From NCBI GenBank assembly GCA_035221665.1, contig CM069161.1, forward strand, positions 2,108,001 through 2,172,000: a DNA stretch of 64,000 nucleotides, given 5' to 3'. Positions 28,001-41,697 of this stretch are shown here, one piece after another (position 1 is the stretch's first letter; every line of letters begins with the position of its first letter). Source of the stretch: Okamejei kenojei. Lineage: Eukaryota. The notes below the pieces were generated by a model. It was not told the origin of the DNA and did not search any database. It saw nothing but the letters and a program-made list of their open reading frames with translations. Position numbers and translations under genes: made by a program.

Positions 28001-29184
28001 AGTTTTCCATTGCAAGGTAGACCAGCGACAAAGGTAATAAATAAGTGCATGTTAAATGGCAAGAGGACTGACCATACGATTTCTTCTCTGTCATTTCGTA
28101 AGATCCTGGCTGATCATTTACTTCAACAGTGCTTTTCTGCTATATCTGTTCATTTCTTTGAATACAAGTGGCCACTAATGAATCAAATATATGATTCAGG
28201 AGTAATGTTACCAGCTCAAATCGGGTAAGAAATTGAAATAGTTCAGGGAAAATGCATAGATGCATTTAAAGAGAAGTCAGATGATGGACAAAGGACCAGA
28301 AGGATACATTGCTGGAGTTGAACAAAGAGTGATGGGAGATGTGGACCAGTTGGCTGAATGGACTGTAAATATTAGTTATACTTCCCATGTAAGAGCTACG
28401 ATGTAGGTCCCTCAAGCCAGCTCTGCTATGCAATGCCATAATTGATACTGCTTCAAGTCTACATTTCTGCCTGCTCACCATATTCCTTTATTCCTGAGTG
28501 AATAAAATTCATTCTCAGCCATATACTGAGCATCCACAACCCTTTAGGATGGTGAACGGCAAAGAAGCGCAATCTCTTATGTGAAGAAATTTCTCAACTA
28601 TAAATTGCTGATGTTTATCTTGGGAAATGAACACAGCTCTGCAACTAAGGGAACCAATTTATCTGTACCTACCTATCAATCCATTTCAGATTTTAATATA
28701 TCCCAATGTTATTACTTCTTCTCAACTCTTGAGAGCCCAGAAGTGAATGTAGTCCAGTTCTATCTGATCTTACATGGAGAAAATTCTTACCCTCAGATTA
28801 ACTACATTCTTGGTATTGTTTCAGTGAACCGATATTCCATTACCCCTAAGGCATTTTTCTTTTCACATGGACACTAAAATCAAAAACAACTCCAGACTTG
28901 GTTTTACTAGTTCCTATGTAGTGGTGTTGCGAGGCTTCTTTATTCTTGTATTAAAACTGCCTCCAGCTCACCTCGCAATAAAGGCATTTGCAAATGCAAC
29001 CTGGCATTTGGCTTCCTAACCTCTCTCCATCACTGCAGGCTAACTTTGTTAATTTATATCTCCCACCTTATACAGATTATACTGAAGAACCTGACTGAAA
29101 TTGTTAAATCATCACCGTTCTGAGTTTGTTTTTTTCCTTTTGCTTATCTCGTGCAGAAGTATCAGTAATGTAAGGAAAGGGTGA

Positions 29185-29330
29185 AACATAGAATATGGAA
29201 ACATAGAAAATAGGTGCAGGAGTAGGCCATTCGGCCCTTCGAGCCAGCACCGCCTTTCAATATGATCTTGCCTGATCATCCAAAATCAGTACCCTGTTCC
29301 TGCTTTTTCCCCAATATCCCTTGATTCCAT
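29185..29330 (-). mobile_element. CR1 3'-end fragment
   Basis: acatagaaaataggtgcaggagtaggccattc tail, near-identical to 41698-41830. Confidence 0.8.
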
Positions 29331-29667
29331 TTCAGGTGCCTTGCCATGGATGAGTGAAACTAACTCTGCTATTTTGTGAAGCTGATGTGCGTGAATTTGG
29401 AAAGGATAGAACAGTATAACGTCCGTTCCTTAATGGTGAGGTCCATCCCAACAATCTAGCAGCCATGTCCAGAACTACATCAGATCAGAAAAAATTGGGA
29501 GTAATCTAGAGGGAGTCTACTTTTTTCTGAAGCATTGTTGAATTATACTGCATATGGTATATTGCTGATGGGAAGATTTTCAAATTTAGGTACAACTAAG
29601 GCAAGTAAATAAAAGCATTCTAGGTAATTTTATCCAGGTATTAAAAGTAGTATCAGAATTAACTTGG

Positions 29668-29890
29668 GTTACACAAAAAGCTGGAGACACTCAGCGGGTG
29701 CAGCAGCATCTAAGAGGCGAAGGAGACAGGCGACGTTTCGGGTCGAGACCCTTCTTCAGACTAAAGAAGGGTCTCGACCCGAAACGTCGCCTATCTCCTT
29801 CGCCTCTTAGATGCTGCTGCACCCGCTGAGTTTCTCCAGCTTTTTGTGTAACCCTCGATTCTCCAGCATCTGCAGTTTCTTCGTTAACAC
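29668..29890. mobile_element. Young palindromic Penelope-derived element with twin hammerhead cores and a 16-bp TSD
   Basis: TSD atcagaattaacttgg at 29652-29667 and 29891-29906. Arms 29666-29756 and 29764-29854 pair with 2 mismatches. Confidence 0.9.
29732..29759 (-). ncRNA. Intact minimal hammerhead core, sense to the TANC2 pre-mRNA
   Basis: CTGAAGA AGGGTCTCGACCC GAAA CGTC on the minus strand. Confidence 0.62.
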
Positions 29891-29976
29891 ATCAGAATTA
29901 ACTTGGTGCCCAGAGGAAAAGGGAAGTGCCTTGGCCAGTTGCAGTTTGGTACTGGCACCAGCTAATCTCTGGTTCA

Positions 29977-30144
<168 letters not shown>

Positions 30145-33063
30145 CTATAGGCGAATGAAGGTAGAGAACAACTTTCCATGTTTAGATATTGTGCCATATG
30201 ACTATCATTTAAAATAGCGTCAATCTCAATTGTTAGGGCATGCAGCTAAGTATATATAGTAGCCTAATAAGAGTAAACTTCCTAAAATTTATTTTTATTG
30301 AATGGGAACAATTACTGGTGGGGATTTTGGTTTTGATGCTTCTATGTGCCTCAGTGTTAGTAAATCACTTATTTCATAATATGTCAGAACTATTATGCGT
30401 AATAATTGTAATTTTATTAATTAAGTGATTATGGAGATGTGGGAATGGTATATTAAACTAAAAAAAAAATGCAATTTAGTCACAATCACAGCTAAGCCTC
30501 ACCCTGCACTGTTCGCCTATGAAGGTTCAGACAATATACACGATCATTCTTTTGAGTGGCATCTTACACTTAAACATGAGTTTGTATCATGTCAGCCGTC
30601 TGTGCTATCTAGAATGGTGAAAGTGTTTTAAAGCCTGCAAACTTTAGGTTAATTTAATATGAACTCCATTTGGTTTAGTACTGTGAAACTATGTTAATTA
30701 AAAATGGAAATAGATATTTTGGGTATGTTTAACTGAAAGCAATTTGATATTCATCACAAAGAGATCAACTGTCGCCTGTTCGGCAGTTCAGAGAAATAAG
30801 AAGGCAGAGCTCTAACTCTTTTGAGGTCTAACTAATTTGGCATTCACCTGAGTTTAAGGGGCTTATTTGTTAACACTCTTTCCGAAAATTCTTTATGTAC
30901 ATTGTGTTACTTACACCAATGGATTAAAAGCTTGTCAAAATGACAGGCCGACAAATTGTCAACAAGAACTACTCAACTAAAAGTCTTACCCAGTGAGACT
31001 TCGATCTTAACTGGGAACATTTGAATTACTCATGGCAGGTTTATACCAAAGAAGACAACTGCGGGAATATTTGAGGTGACCGAACAATCATTTATGTCCA
31101 GCAGTAAAATAAGAGGCAGTAATACAATTAAAAATAATTAAATGGGTGATTGCTCGGTGCTGAAGAGAAAACTTGAGCGTAAATACCTGGCAGTAGGACG
31201 AGGGTGACTGTGCCATTCGTTAGGCCAGATTGAAAACAGATTGGATTGATTTTTCAATAGCAATTTAGGTGCAGAATGAGATATGATCATAATTCCATTA
31301 ATTAATATAGGAACAGGAAGCAGCCAGATGTAAGCATGGCAATAGATTCAATTGAAGGGCACGGTGCAAGGGAGGTAAGCGGGAACAAAGCCCCCCCCAC
31401 CCAATAAAATGTAAAACAATTCTATAATGTTGAGGACAGGTGTGCACCATCTAAAAGCCAGAAAATTAAAAATGCACACACTCTTGAGGCACTGATATAG
31501 ATAGGTGCTGACCATAGAATTTGGTGCAATTTCCATGACAACTGTGTATGTGAACATACTCCAAGGATGTTACTTGTAAGGTTTGCTAGATAGTGTAAGG
31601 GGGAACCTCGCTGCAAGTTCAAAACATTCATCATCTCTATAGCAAAAGAGAAACGATGTACACATTGAAAGCAGCTCTTACAAATGCTGCGCTATAGTGA
31701 GGGGGAGAAATGGCAGCACTGCAAAGTAGAACTCTCCCATTTAAGGAATGCTGTATTTATATGTAGCTTTAATATTTGTTTTGGTAACAATGCTGTGTTA
31801 ATGTAGTTGAATGGGATTTTTAATTCTTTATATGAAACACCATCGGGTCTAAGAAAAACTGCATGAGTGACTTCTTACTATTGTTTTTTACATTTATAAA
31901 TCATGTCCACATGATTAAATTTATTAAAACTGGACATGTTCGCAAACACATTGCTGATTTGGGTTTAAAGACAGTAAAAAAATCTACTTAGTGAGAGGTG
32001 ATGGAGAAAATGAGGGTGATTTTTTTCTCCCCAGAAACAATGACATCCATTTTGAATTTGACGAACACATCATCATGGTAATTTATTTCACTGACGTTTT
32101 AAATGTTGGAAACAACAGCCTCACTACTCTTCTTACAAGGACCATCAATGAATCAGTCACACGCCAATGCCTCTGTAAAGGTTTGTGTTTTAGATCCTTG
32201 TTCTTGTATGTGACAAATTTGAAAGGGATTGTGCTATGTCACTTGAGGAGGTTCTTGAAACAGAAACAAATCTCAAGGATTTGAATCAGTGGCTCTTCAG
32301 CCACACGACAGCTTCTGACATGGTCATCAGCAATACTGCATACATTGTCAGAAACTGAGTACTTCAGGCATCTAGCTCTCTGCCTCTAATTTCTGGAGCA
32401 CACTGACAGGGAAATGTTTTGACGTCATAGCTCACAAAATTCCATGTTGATATCTGAAATTTGAATTAATTTAGAAATGTTACATGGCAGATATTTAATA
32501 TTCAAAAACCTTCTTCAAGATTGTGCAGAAACAGTCTGACAGTTTGAGAAATGTTGGTATGAAACCATCAATAGAATTGGAAGAAGTGAGAAACAGGAAA
32601 AGGAAGGGGTTACTGGATTTTCAGTGGTTTTATTTGCAGGGAGGCAGCTACTGCAATTTATTAAAAAAACAAAAGCAAAGAACATATCCTTAACACCAAC
32701 CAATGAACTTCACATCCAATAGATTATTCCTGGAGCACTGCTATAATAATATCATTAATTTGGTGACCGATTGCAGATAATTAACATTTTATCCAATTAA
32801 TTGGAGCCAAAAATAACATGATAATCATGGCATCAATAGTGGTTAAAAGGGACTAGGTATATCCATATTGTCCCCTTCCCATCTGATCCAAAAGATATAT
32901 CACTGAATCACAATTTAGTGTTACTATTTACCAAATAAGTTGTCCTCTACAACAATCCTATTGGTTGCTTTCATCAGGGATAAAGAAAGAAAAGCACATG
33001 AATCTTTCATGCTGTCCAGAATGAACTGGATGGGGGCAAACAAAAACAAATCAAATCGTGTAC

Positions 33064-33093
33064 CTCGAGGACGACTTGGGAGTGTTTGGCAAC
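33064..33093 (-). CDS. TANC2: TANC2 30-nt alternative cassette microexon (G-CQTLPSRPR-G)
   Basis: Long pyrimidine tract ending tgacaAG, then GT TGC CAA ACA CTC CCA AGT CGT CCT CGA G, then GTACAC donor. Phase 1-1, frame-preserving. Peptide matches a 10-aa insert I recall in a mammalian TANC2 isoform. Confidence 0.85.
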
Positions 33094-36020
33094 CTTGTCA
33101 GTGATGAAGGAAAGAGAAAGAGGGAAGGGAAGGGATTTTCAAAAGACATGAGGATGAAGAACAGAAAAGAAAAAAATTGCAGTGAGCAAGCAGCAAAGCC
33201 AGTGCATCAGCAAATCATTGCACAAAAACACAGCCCACAAGAGGAACTGTGTGAAGCCAAGCATACACATAACTGTCTGAAGCACACGCACAGAAAGCTG
33301 CCTCTAGCATACAGTAACATCAGAAGCATTAGTTCCAAAGCTGGAAGATTTATTTGATTTGGGGACCTGACTCTCAAAATATTTAAAGAAAAATACAGGC
33401 CCTAGCTTTTTCTAATGTTTCTGCACAAAATATATGTACAGATGTAAAAGGCAACATAAATCATTGCACTAATTGTCTACATCAAATAATGTGGCGTTAT
33501 CATCTGCAAGATTGAGATCTGAGGTCCCCACTCAAACTTAAAACCAGCAGCAATGCTGTTGACTTTCTCTGACCCCACATCCACTTCTATTTTTGGGTTG
33601 TACATCAGAACCACTTCATAATAAATATCTATCATGATTTTAAAATGGTTTTGAAAATGTTACATAATGACAGTGAGATCAGACTTATCTCTTCTGAATA
33701 TCATATTAAAGGCAGTAGCATTGAAGTATACAAGAACACGTAGAAATTAAAGAAAAGTGTATATTAACAGAAGAAACCCTGATATAGATTAAAAACTTGA
33801 TGGTTAGATACACAACCAATCCAAAAGTATTGCATTCAATGGTAATATTCCATTGGTTAACATCAATAACAAAAACAACCAAAAATACATATTTTCCCCA
33901 TCTGTATGACTGGAACAAAGTATTGCTCATTCCTACACCACTCCTACCAAATAACAAATAGCAGACAAGTAACCAAATTGATTAAATCAAAAGTGTTCAT
34001 TTCCAGATATATTTTCCAAGTGATAATGACTTTTCAGGCTTAAGTGCGAAACAAAAGGAATCTCTATAATTTTCAGTGTAGAGGGCTCTTTATAACTTCC
34101 CTGTCGTAGAAAAAAAGATTGGAATAACACAAGCTCTTGTTAGCTTCAAGAAATATATCCATGTTCTCCTTTTGCTCTTCTGGTGGCCAAAGCAAGTTTA
34201 ATTATAAATATCTCACAGGATGAAAATGTTGGTCATCAGCCAATTTACCAAGTTTCTGAACATCTTTGAGCAATTAATAAATAAAACAACCAATTGTATC
34301 TCAATTTTCAAGAGATTTTTTGCGAAATTCCGAATCAATGAAACACTGTTAATATAAAGTTTCACTGAGGAACAAATGTATTACACTAACTACAAGGAAA
34401 AAAATAATAATGTGACATGAAAGCTTTCATGACAATTAAATGTACTCATATCAAGTTAACTGGCTTTTTAACAGATTTGGATGAAATACCAAGGTTCTGA
34501 TGCTTTCTACTGTAAAGGCATTATGGTGGTCATTAAAGTCTTTCGGAGACTACATCATCACTATTAATGCTAAACACATCCGGGGCCTGCTTTATTAGTG
34601 ATGCTACAAATTATTGAGCTTAAAAAGAGCAAAAACCTACATTCATTAACCTGGAGACTTTCACAACACTAGTTCTGATATTATAATAGCCCGAACAAAA
34701 AAAACATCCAGCTAAGAGGAAATTTACATTAATTAACATTTGATACGAAACATCTGCTCATATAACCAAAAATGTTTGCAAACCAGAAAACACTTCAAAA
34801 ATTATCTTTTATAACAACACTGTTTAAATGTGCACTAAATCTGCTGCATCTTATAAATATATAAGTCTGGTATATCAGTTGAAATGCTGGATTGATACAA
34901 TTCAATAATGAAGTGGGATTTTTTGCCACTAATCATACACAAAGCTTGAACCCATACATACGTATGGCCAAGAACTGCACATCATGTTGATCCATAACAG
35001 TAACCAATCTGGTAAAATAATATGGGAACATATATTCAAAGACATATCCCACAAGATGACCATTCTATTATGTACACTGAATTTGTCCGTCTCCTATCAT
35101 TGCAACCCCTTTTGGAACAGAACAGCAGTATGCAGAATCAAAGCTCCATCAATTCATCAAAAATATTGTATTTCCATTTCTGTAGTCACTATGTGATTGT
35201 GAAGCATTCAATCATGTGTCAGTACCATGTCTAAAATCTGTAGACCACTTTTTGAGTCATTTGGTTCATTTATGTTAATGAATCAAAGATGTGATGAGGA
35301 AGGATGTCTTATTATTTATACGTCTAACATCCGGCCACTGAAGAGGCAATATATACATTGAAATGTTTCATTAACAGACAGGTAATGAACATTAATGTAT
35401 TCTAAAATATGATCTAATAAGAGCTGCTAATATTAACTTCCATATACGCCAATGGTTTGGGCAGAGGATCTGCTTCCTAATGATGTAATATTTACATCAG
35501 CAAATAAAAAGGGAAAAAAAATCAAAAGTCTACTTTCCATTTATAATACTATATTTAATATTAATCTAACCAACAATGTTGGTACACTGTTTGATTTTCA
35601 AGAACATTTATTAACCAAATACTGTAACTGTATTGTGTTGTTAAGTATTATAATCAGGCTGAATATAATTAGTGGAAAACTTCATGAATTAGCAACAGGT
35701 AATTCATCAAACAAGATATTGTAGCATACGAAATGTGAATAAACATAATCAGAAATGAAGGACAAAATATTTCCAAAGCCGTATTTGGCAGTACGTGATT
35801 TAAATGTCTTTGATTTGAAGCAAATTTTAAAACTTTCTTTTAATACTTGTGAACTTTTAGGCAAGATCTATTCATGATAACCACAACCTGTGTAATTCTC
35901 ATCCAAATATAACATGTCAGTGCATTTTATTATTTCCAATGCATTCTCAAGATCTTCCATTTTCTGTTAAGGAAAGTAACTGCACTGTTAAGTTCTATTT
36001 TGTAATTATTTTTCCTAAAG

Positions 36021-36022
<2 letters not shown>

Positions 36023-36062
<40 letters not shown>
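36023..36062. repeat. (AT)20 microsatellite
   Basis: Directly visible. Confidence 0.97.
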
Positions 36063-36067
<5 letters not shown>

Positions 36068-39000
36068 TTAGAATTGATGTATCTAATACTATGTTATTCC
36101 CTCTACTCTCTTGAAATCCATCATCTTGTGTTTCCATCATGATTCAAACATCTGCCTGCAATTAGTTTTTGTTAGAAAATAAGGTAGACTTCCCATGCTG
36201 GAATACTGTCCATGAGGCATCATAGAGAAGTTTGTAAGAAAAACACCAAACGTATCTCACCTAATTGATTAAAGGCTTGTTAGCTTGTTATTACTTCCTT
36301 CTTAGCATGGAGACTAAATGTGGTAGAAGGCAATTAAGATTAAATTTAAAAATAACTCCCGAAGAACAATAATGTTTCTTCAGTTTAGTAACTTATTTGA
36401 AGTGCAAGCATCAATAATTGCAAATAGTAATTATTGCTTCGTTTCCTCTTTATCCCTATTTATTAACAATGTTTAGGTCAACTATTTTGCAGTTGGCTTC
36501 AATGCAAATTAGAAAGGTTAACAGGAATATGCATGGCAGCATCTACTGTAAGTGAAGTGGGAAAGGTTATTATGTTATTTATAGGAAATTCCAATGAATG
36601 ACACAAGGAAAACATTCCTATGAAATAACAAACAAGATTCTAGTGTTTCTATAAAGGCATCTATTATAAAAGCAAGGAAACCACAGTGAATATATACAAG
36701 CTTAGAACACAGATTCCATTTCATATGGCTGTTTTAGCTGTTAAGAGGCAGAAGGAATACCAGAAGCCATTCAGTGGTGTTAGAAAGGACATTCTGAAAT
36801 TATACCAACAAGGAGAGATTCCAGTTAAAAAGGGAACAGTTTGAAAAATGCCCTGCCTTTTTAATTCTAATACTTTTACAAATCTGGTTAGAAAATTATT
36901 AACATAGTACAAAAATTGAAGAATGAAGTTTAAAGGTATTTTTATTGACAAAAGATTATTAAAAAAATACTTTATCACAAGTGACTGTTGTGAGGGAGAC
37001 TAGCATAATTTAAAAGGGAAATGGAAAAACATTTAAAGAGGGAAGAAAAGAAAGAACAGACTGAGAGAAGGTAGGTCTGGTTGAATATCTAATAGTGTTT
37101 ATCCGTGCTTTAGGTTTCTATTGCAATCTTTTTAAATAAAATGTCATAATAATAAGAGGAACTACGTTTTTTGAAAAGGCAAAATTACTTTAAGACAAAA
37201 ATTGAACAGTGGATTGATTGACCAATTGGTAAGTGAACATAACATACTTTGCAGCAGTGGACCAGCCCGTACTAAATTCATTGTAGATCCGAGAAGACAC
37301 AACATTACGCTATACCGATTCGATGTAGCTGTGCTCAATTGCAATGCGTGGATTTATGCCAGAAAAGTGTTAAGGAAAGGATTAAGAAATTGGCTGCAAT
37401 TGGCCCACCATTCAATGCACTAATATAATAATTATTATTTTTTGATACAAAAGGTACAGGAGGATGCTACACCTGAGCAACTGCACCATTATAACCAGGA
37501 AAACTTGGAACTTGCAGATTAACAGAGGGCAAAGTCAGTCTTTGATATAACATCACATTTTAATTGGTTGCAAAAGCAAAGTAATTAATAAAACAAAAAA
37601 AAACGAATTGCAAATCAGGTTCAATGAAGAAGTATCGTAAATGATTCTCAAACAATAACTCTGGGCATCAGTGATTATTGCTCAGAAGTTACTTTATCTG
37701 ACCTTCCTTAGTGTTAAATCCACTGTGAATTTTTGTGAGATTTCTATACAGTAATCTGGAATAAAATTCATGGAGAAAAAAGCGTCAAGAAATGTCTCCC
37801 TGTTAAAGGAAATGCATGATCTGATTTAAGTGTGCAAAACCTCTTGCACCCAGCTTCAAGCAAGGTATGGAGGAAGAACTGATGGGACTATATTTTCCAG
37901 CTGCATTAAATAGATTGGTTGACTTTAACGCGGAACACTTTTGGATCTTTATCAGCAATCAGAAAGTATAAGGATGCAACATCAATATTAAGATTAAACA
38001 CTAATAGCTATAATTTAACTGTTTCCGAAAAAAAAGCTGAAGAAGCATTAATATATCACTCCAGACTTTCTACATTTCTGCCAGAGTTTAAGTTCTTTCA
38101 TAAACCATTAAGAATGAAGACCACTCCATTGCCCCTGCCCAAACAGGGTCCAAATTCTATTTGCGTGACTGAGAACCAAAATATAAAGAATAATTACGAA
38201 AACATGATACCATCACTTGCAGACACAAGTGACAAGGTGGCGACTTTGTACAGCTAAGCAAGACATAAAGGGAAATAGAAAAAAATAACTGTAAGCACAG
38301 ATCCAAACTAAACCACATTTGCAAGATAAGGTAGTATAGGGAGAACAGACATCCAGGAGAACTTCTTCAGACATAAAATGATTCTTATCGGGAATGTACT
38401 TCTGGAAGAGTGGCTGAAAGCAAACTTTCCAAAATTATTGCAAAAGACAGATTAGGCTGTGAAGACTATAGAAAGGTGGACTGTATAGCCTCCTTTTCCT
38501 GAAATTGTACTTATGTCTTTTGTGTCCTTTTTCAGTCTTATTAAAGTCTGAATCAGGCACTGGAAATATATTATTTTCTTTTTAATCATCTGTAGAGTTT
38601 AAATCATCAATTCATATTAACCTTGGAAAGTTCAGAAATAGGAAAATTCAATACAACAGAAAAATTACAGTTGCACTTGGACGTATTAGCTCAGATGAAT
38701 GTGTGTGAAATAATGTTTTATATCTGGAGACATCAAAAGGACAAAACTTTGCGTATCCTTATGAGGATCAATTCTGCATTCTCTTGCAAACATTGTTAAA
38801 GATGGTTGAGGAGTGTTCCATCTGCATGATTTAATTACAATAGCATTCCCTGCCCATGACAAATAGAAAGATCAAGCTTTTATTATTTGGATCCTTATCA
38901 TGAACTCATTATCAAAACTGCTGCACATCCAGTGAACTACTCTCGGAAGTAGCGTGATAGTTGTTTTGAAGATTTTTTAGACAAAGCCTTCCGTAGCAAG

Positions 39001-41113
39001 TGTTGTTGCAGGATTTTTTTTGCAATAGTGGTTTTCTGCAAATACTGACGTATTCCTGGCAATCACTACCCTATCTTGCAAAACATCATGTCAGGTACTT
39101 AAAGGAAAACAGTGCCATCATTGCAGAAAATGTTTTTATTAGTATACAGCAACAAGAGAAATTGTGTTAGTGAGTCAACAAATACAGAAACATACAGAAA
39201 GCCGATGACAGAGGAATAGCAATCTGACGACCTTGAGGATTATGCATTCTGTGGGAGTGTCACCTGATTTTCATCCACATTTACAGCACAGCGTAAAGTA
39301 TCAGATGAGACTATATCAAAGGAGATCATAAGATCAGAAAGAGGTGTCCAGGCCACATGCAGCAAACCCCACATTTGGATAATCAGCTCTCAAGACCATA
39401 GGATTCCACTTCTACTTCTGATTTTGTTACTTTGTCATTCATATTTTTCAATTTTATGCCCACTGGGGTTGGAAAAGTGTATTGTCATGCACTCTTGCCA
39501 TGGTGCCAATTAAACCTCGAATCCCAACGAAAATCTAATGGTACCAACAAGTGAATGGGAAAATGGAAATAGTTGACAAATTTGCTATTGGATTTAAAGT
39601 TCATGCTTGTCCCCTGAGGCTGCAAACAAGCATGTTAGTGAGTGCATGAAGCTTGGACTCTCTTGCTCTGGAATAGCAGCACAGTGTTGTGAAAAGGCCA
39701 AAGCACAGATCAATGTCACTACGATATAAGTTCAGGCTAGTAAACAAAGATGAAGCAAATTGGGATGTATTATCATTTCCAGAATCGTGTTTCCTTAGAT
39801 TTTCTTCCTTCTAATAACAGAATTAATTCACAATGAAGTAAAACATTGTTGGGGTTTCAAGATACTACAGTCAATCAAAATTAATATTTTTTGTCACATT
39901 TATTTTAAAGTTTCACTTATTGGAGTTGAATTATAATAAATATCACTAAATGTTTAAAGTTAAATATATTTTCTTCCGATTGAAAATCCAACAACATGAA
40001 AAATAATCTGCATCCTTATTAACTTTCATCTGTTTGGACAATACCAAATATAGTGCTTAAAAGAACTAAAATTTTAGTTGTGTGATATCTGCTAAATTCA
40101 TGCAATTCTAAAACTGCCACTATTAGGTTTTGCTTCCTGATTCCACCATTTTCTCTAGCTTTTGGAGGTAGGCAATACATTTATACTGTTTCCACCAAAA
40201 TGTAACTGAAAGAACAATGAGAAAAGTCTGACACAAATCCAAAATTTTCACCCAGACCAAACATGAGCTGGCATCCTGCATTTGGATGTCCTTTCTCTTG
40301 GCCTCTCTTGGTAACTTCCAACTGCTCAATCAATTAAAAAAAGACTATTTGCATGGAACGTAATTGCATTACGATTTCTCATTGAGATGCCTTTATGCAT
40401 CTCACAGAAGGATTTTCATTCATTGGCCAAGGGTGGTGAATAGATGGGGGAAAAATATTATACATCTCAAAGGAATTACTTAAAAATTAGAATGTTGGAT
40501 ATGTATCTATGCTGTTTGTTTTCCAGCAGAAATTTCCAAACAGCAGAGGTTCATTGGACTCCACTGTGATAAATTAATGAATGTCTTTTGTAGCCACATG
40601 CTTTCTAAACAGATATATTGATCCAGTAATCCCAGTTATATGAATCTATACATTAGATTATCTGATGTTCCTATTTCAGACATAATCCATTTTCCTAGTT
40701 TTAACCTCACAAATGTAATTCCCTCTTGAACCATCTGGAATATCAGCATCCAACTATTTTCATGTTTAGCAGTATTGAATACAGTGACTTCAAGGTCAAT
40801 GCATTGTACACTGTAGTAAGCTGTGTGAAGTCAAAGTTTAATTTAGTGCTGAAGATATTAGGTTCACAGGTTACTGCAAATCTGACAACAAAGGCTAGAC
40901 ACATCATTTCCTTATTAATGTTCCCAACATAGAAACGTAATCCATGAATAGTAAAGTGATGGTGTTTGAATGTATGATTTTCTTTTAAATACAAGCAGTC
41001 ACTCCCATACAAAAGTGAACATAAATTCACTTTGTACTTCAAAAGAGAATGTCAAACCTATCCCCCTGCTTCAATGAAAAGCATATCTACTCCAAACAGT
41101 CTAATGACACTCA

Positions 41114-41284
<171 letters not shown>

Positions 41285-41697
41285 TCACCAAGTTTAACAA
41301 ATACAAACATCAAAGCATTAAATATTTTAGTGATCATAACTTATCAGTATGATTAAGAATAGCAGAAATATTGTTTGACAGACAATTCAGTATAAGGAAA
41401 AATATATTATTGCCTAGAAATGGAATTGGTTAATATTTTATTCACTATTGCCTTAGTTAGAAATTGACTTTACCTGGAGTGAAATGAGATTATGAACATC
41501 TCCAGGTCATTTTCCATCAGTCAGGAAATTCTGCCAGCATCCCCAGATACATTTTATATGATCAAATGTGATCTCCTTGTCAGAAATCAATGACATAAGG
41601 CATTTTCTGTGGAAAGCTCCTTGGAGCATCCGTGGGGAAAATTAAACCAAAGTGTCCAGGCAACAACAAGTGAGAAACACTCCCTGATAGGTAGGTT

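Noticed and set aside
33058-33357. 99-aa plus-strand ORF over the microexon
   Set aside because: Antisense reading of the pyrimidine tract and YGCY array, starting at GTG, with no recognisable protein.
40250-40325. Possible extra TANC2 cassette exon near 40.3 kb (another near 32.15 kb)
   Set aside because: No acceptor/donor pair gives a phase 1-1 open exon, and the splice signals are weak.
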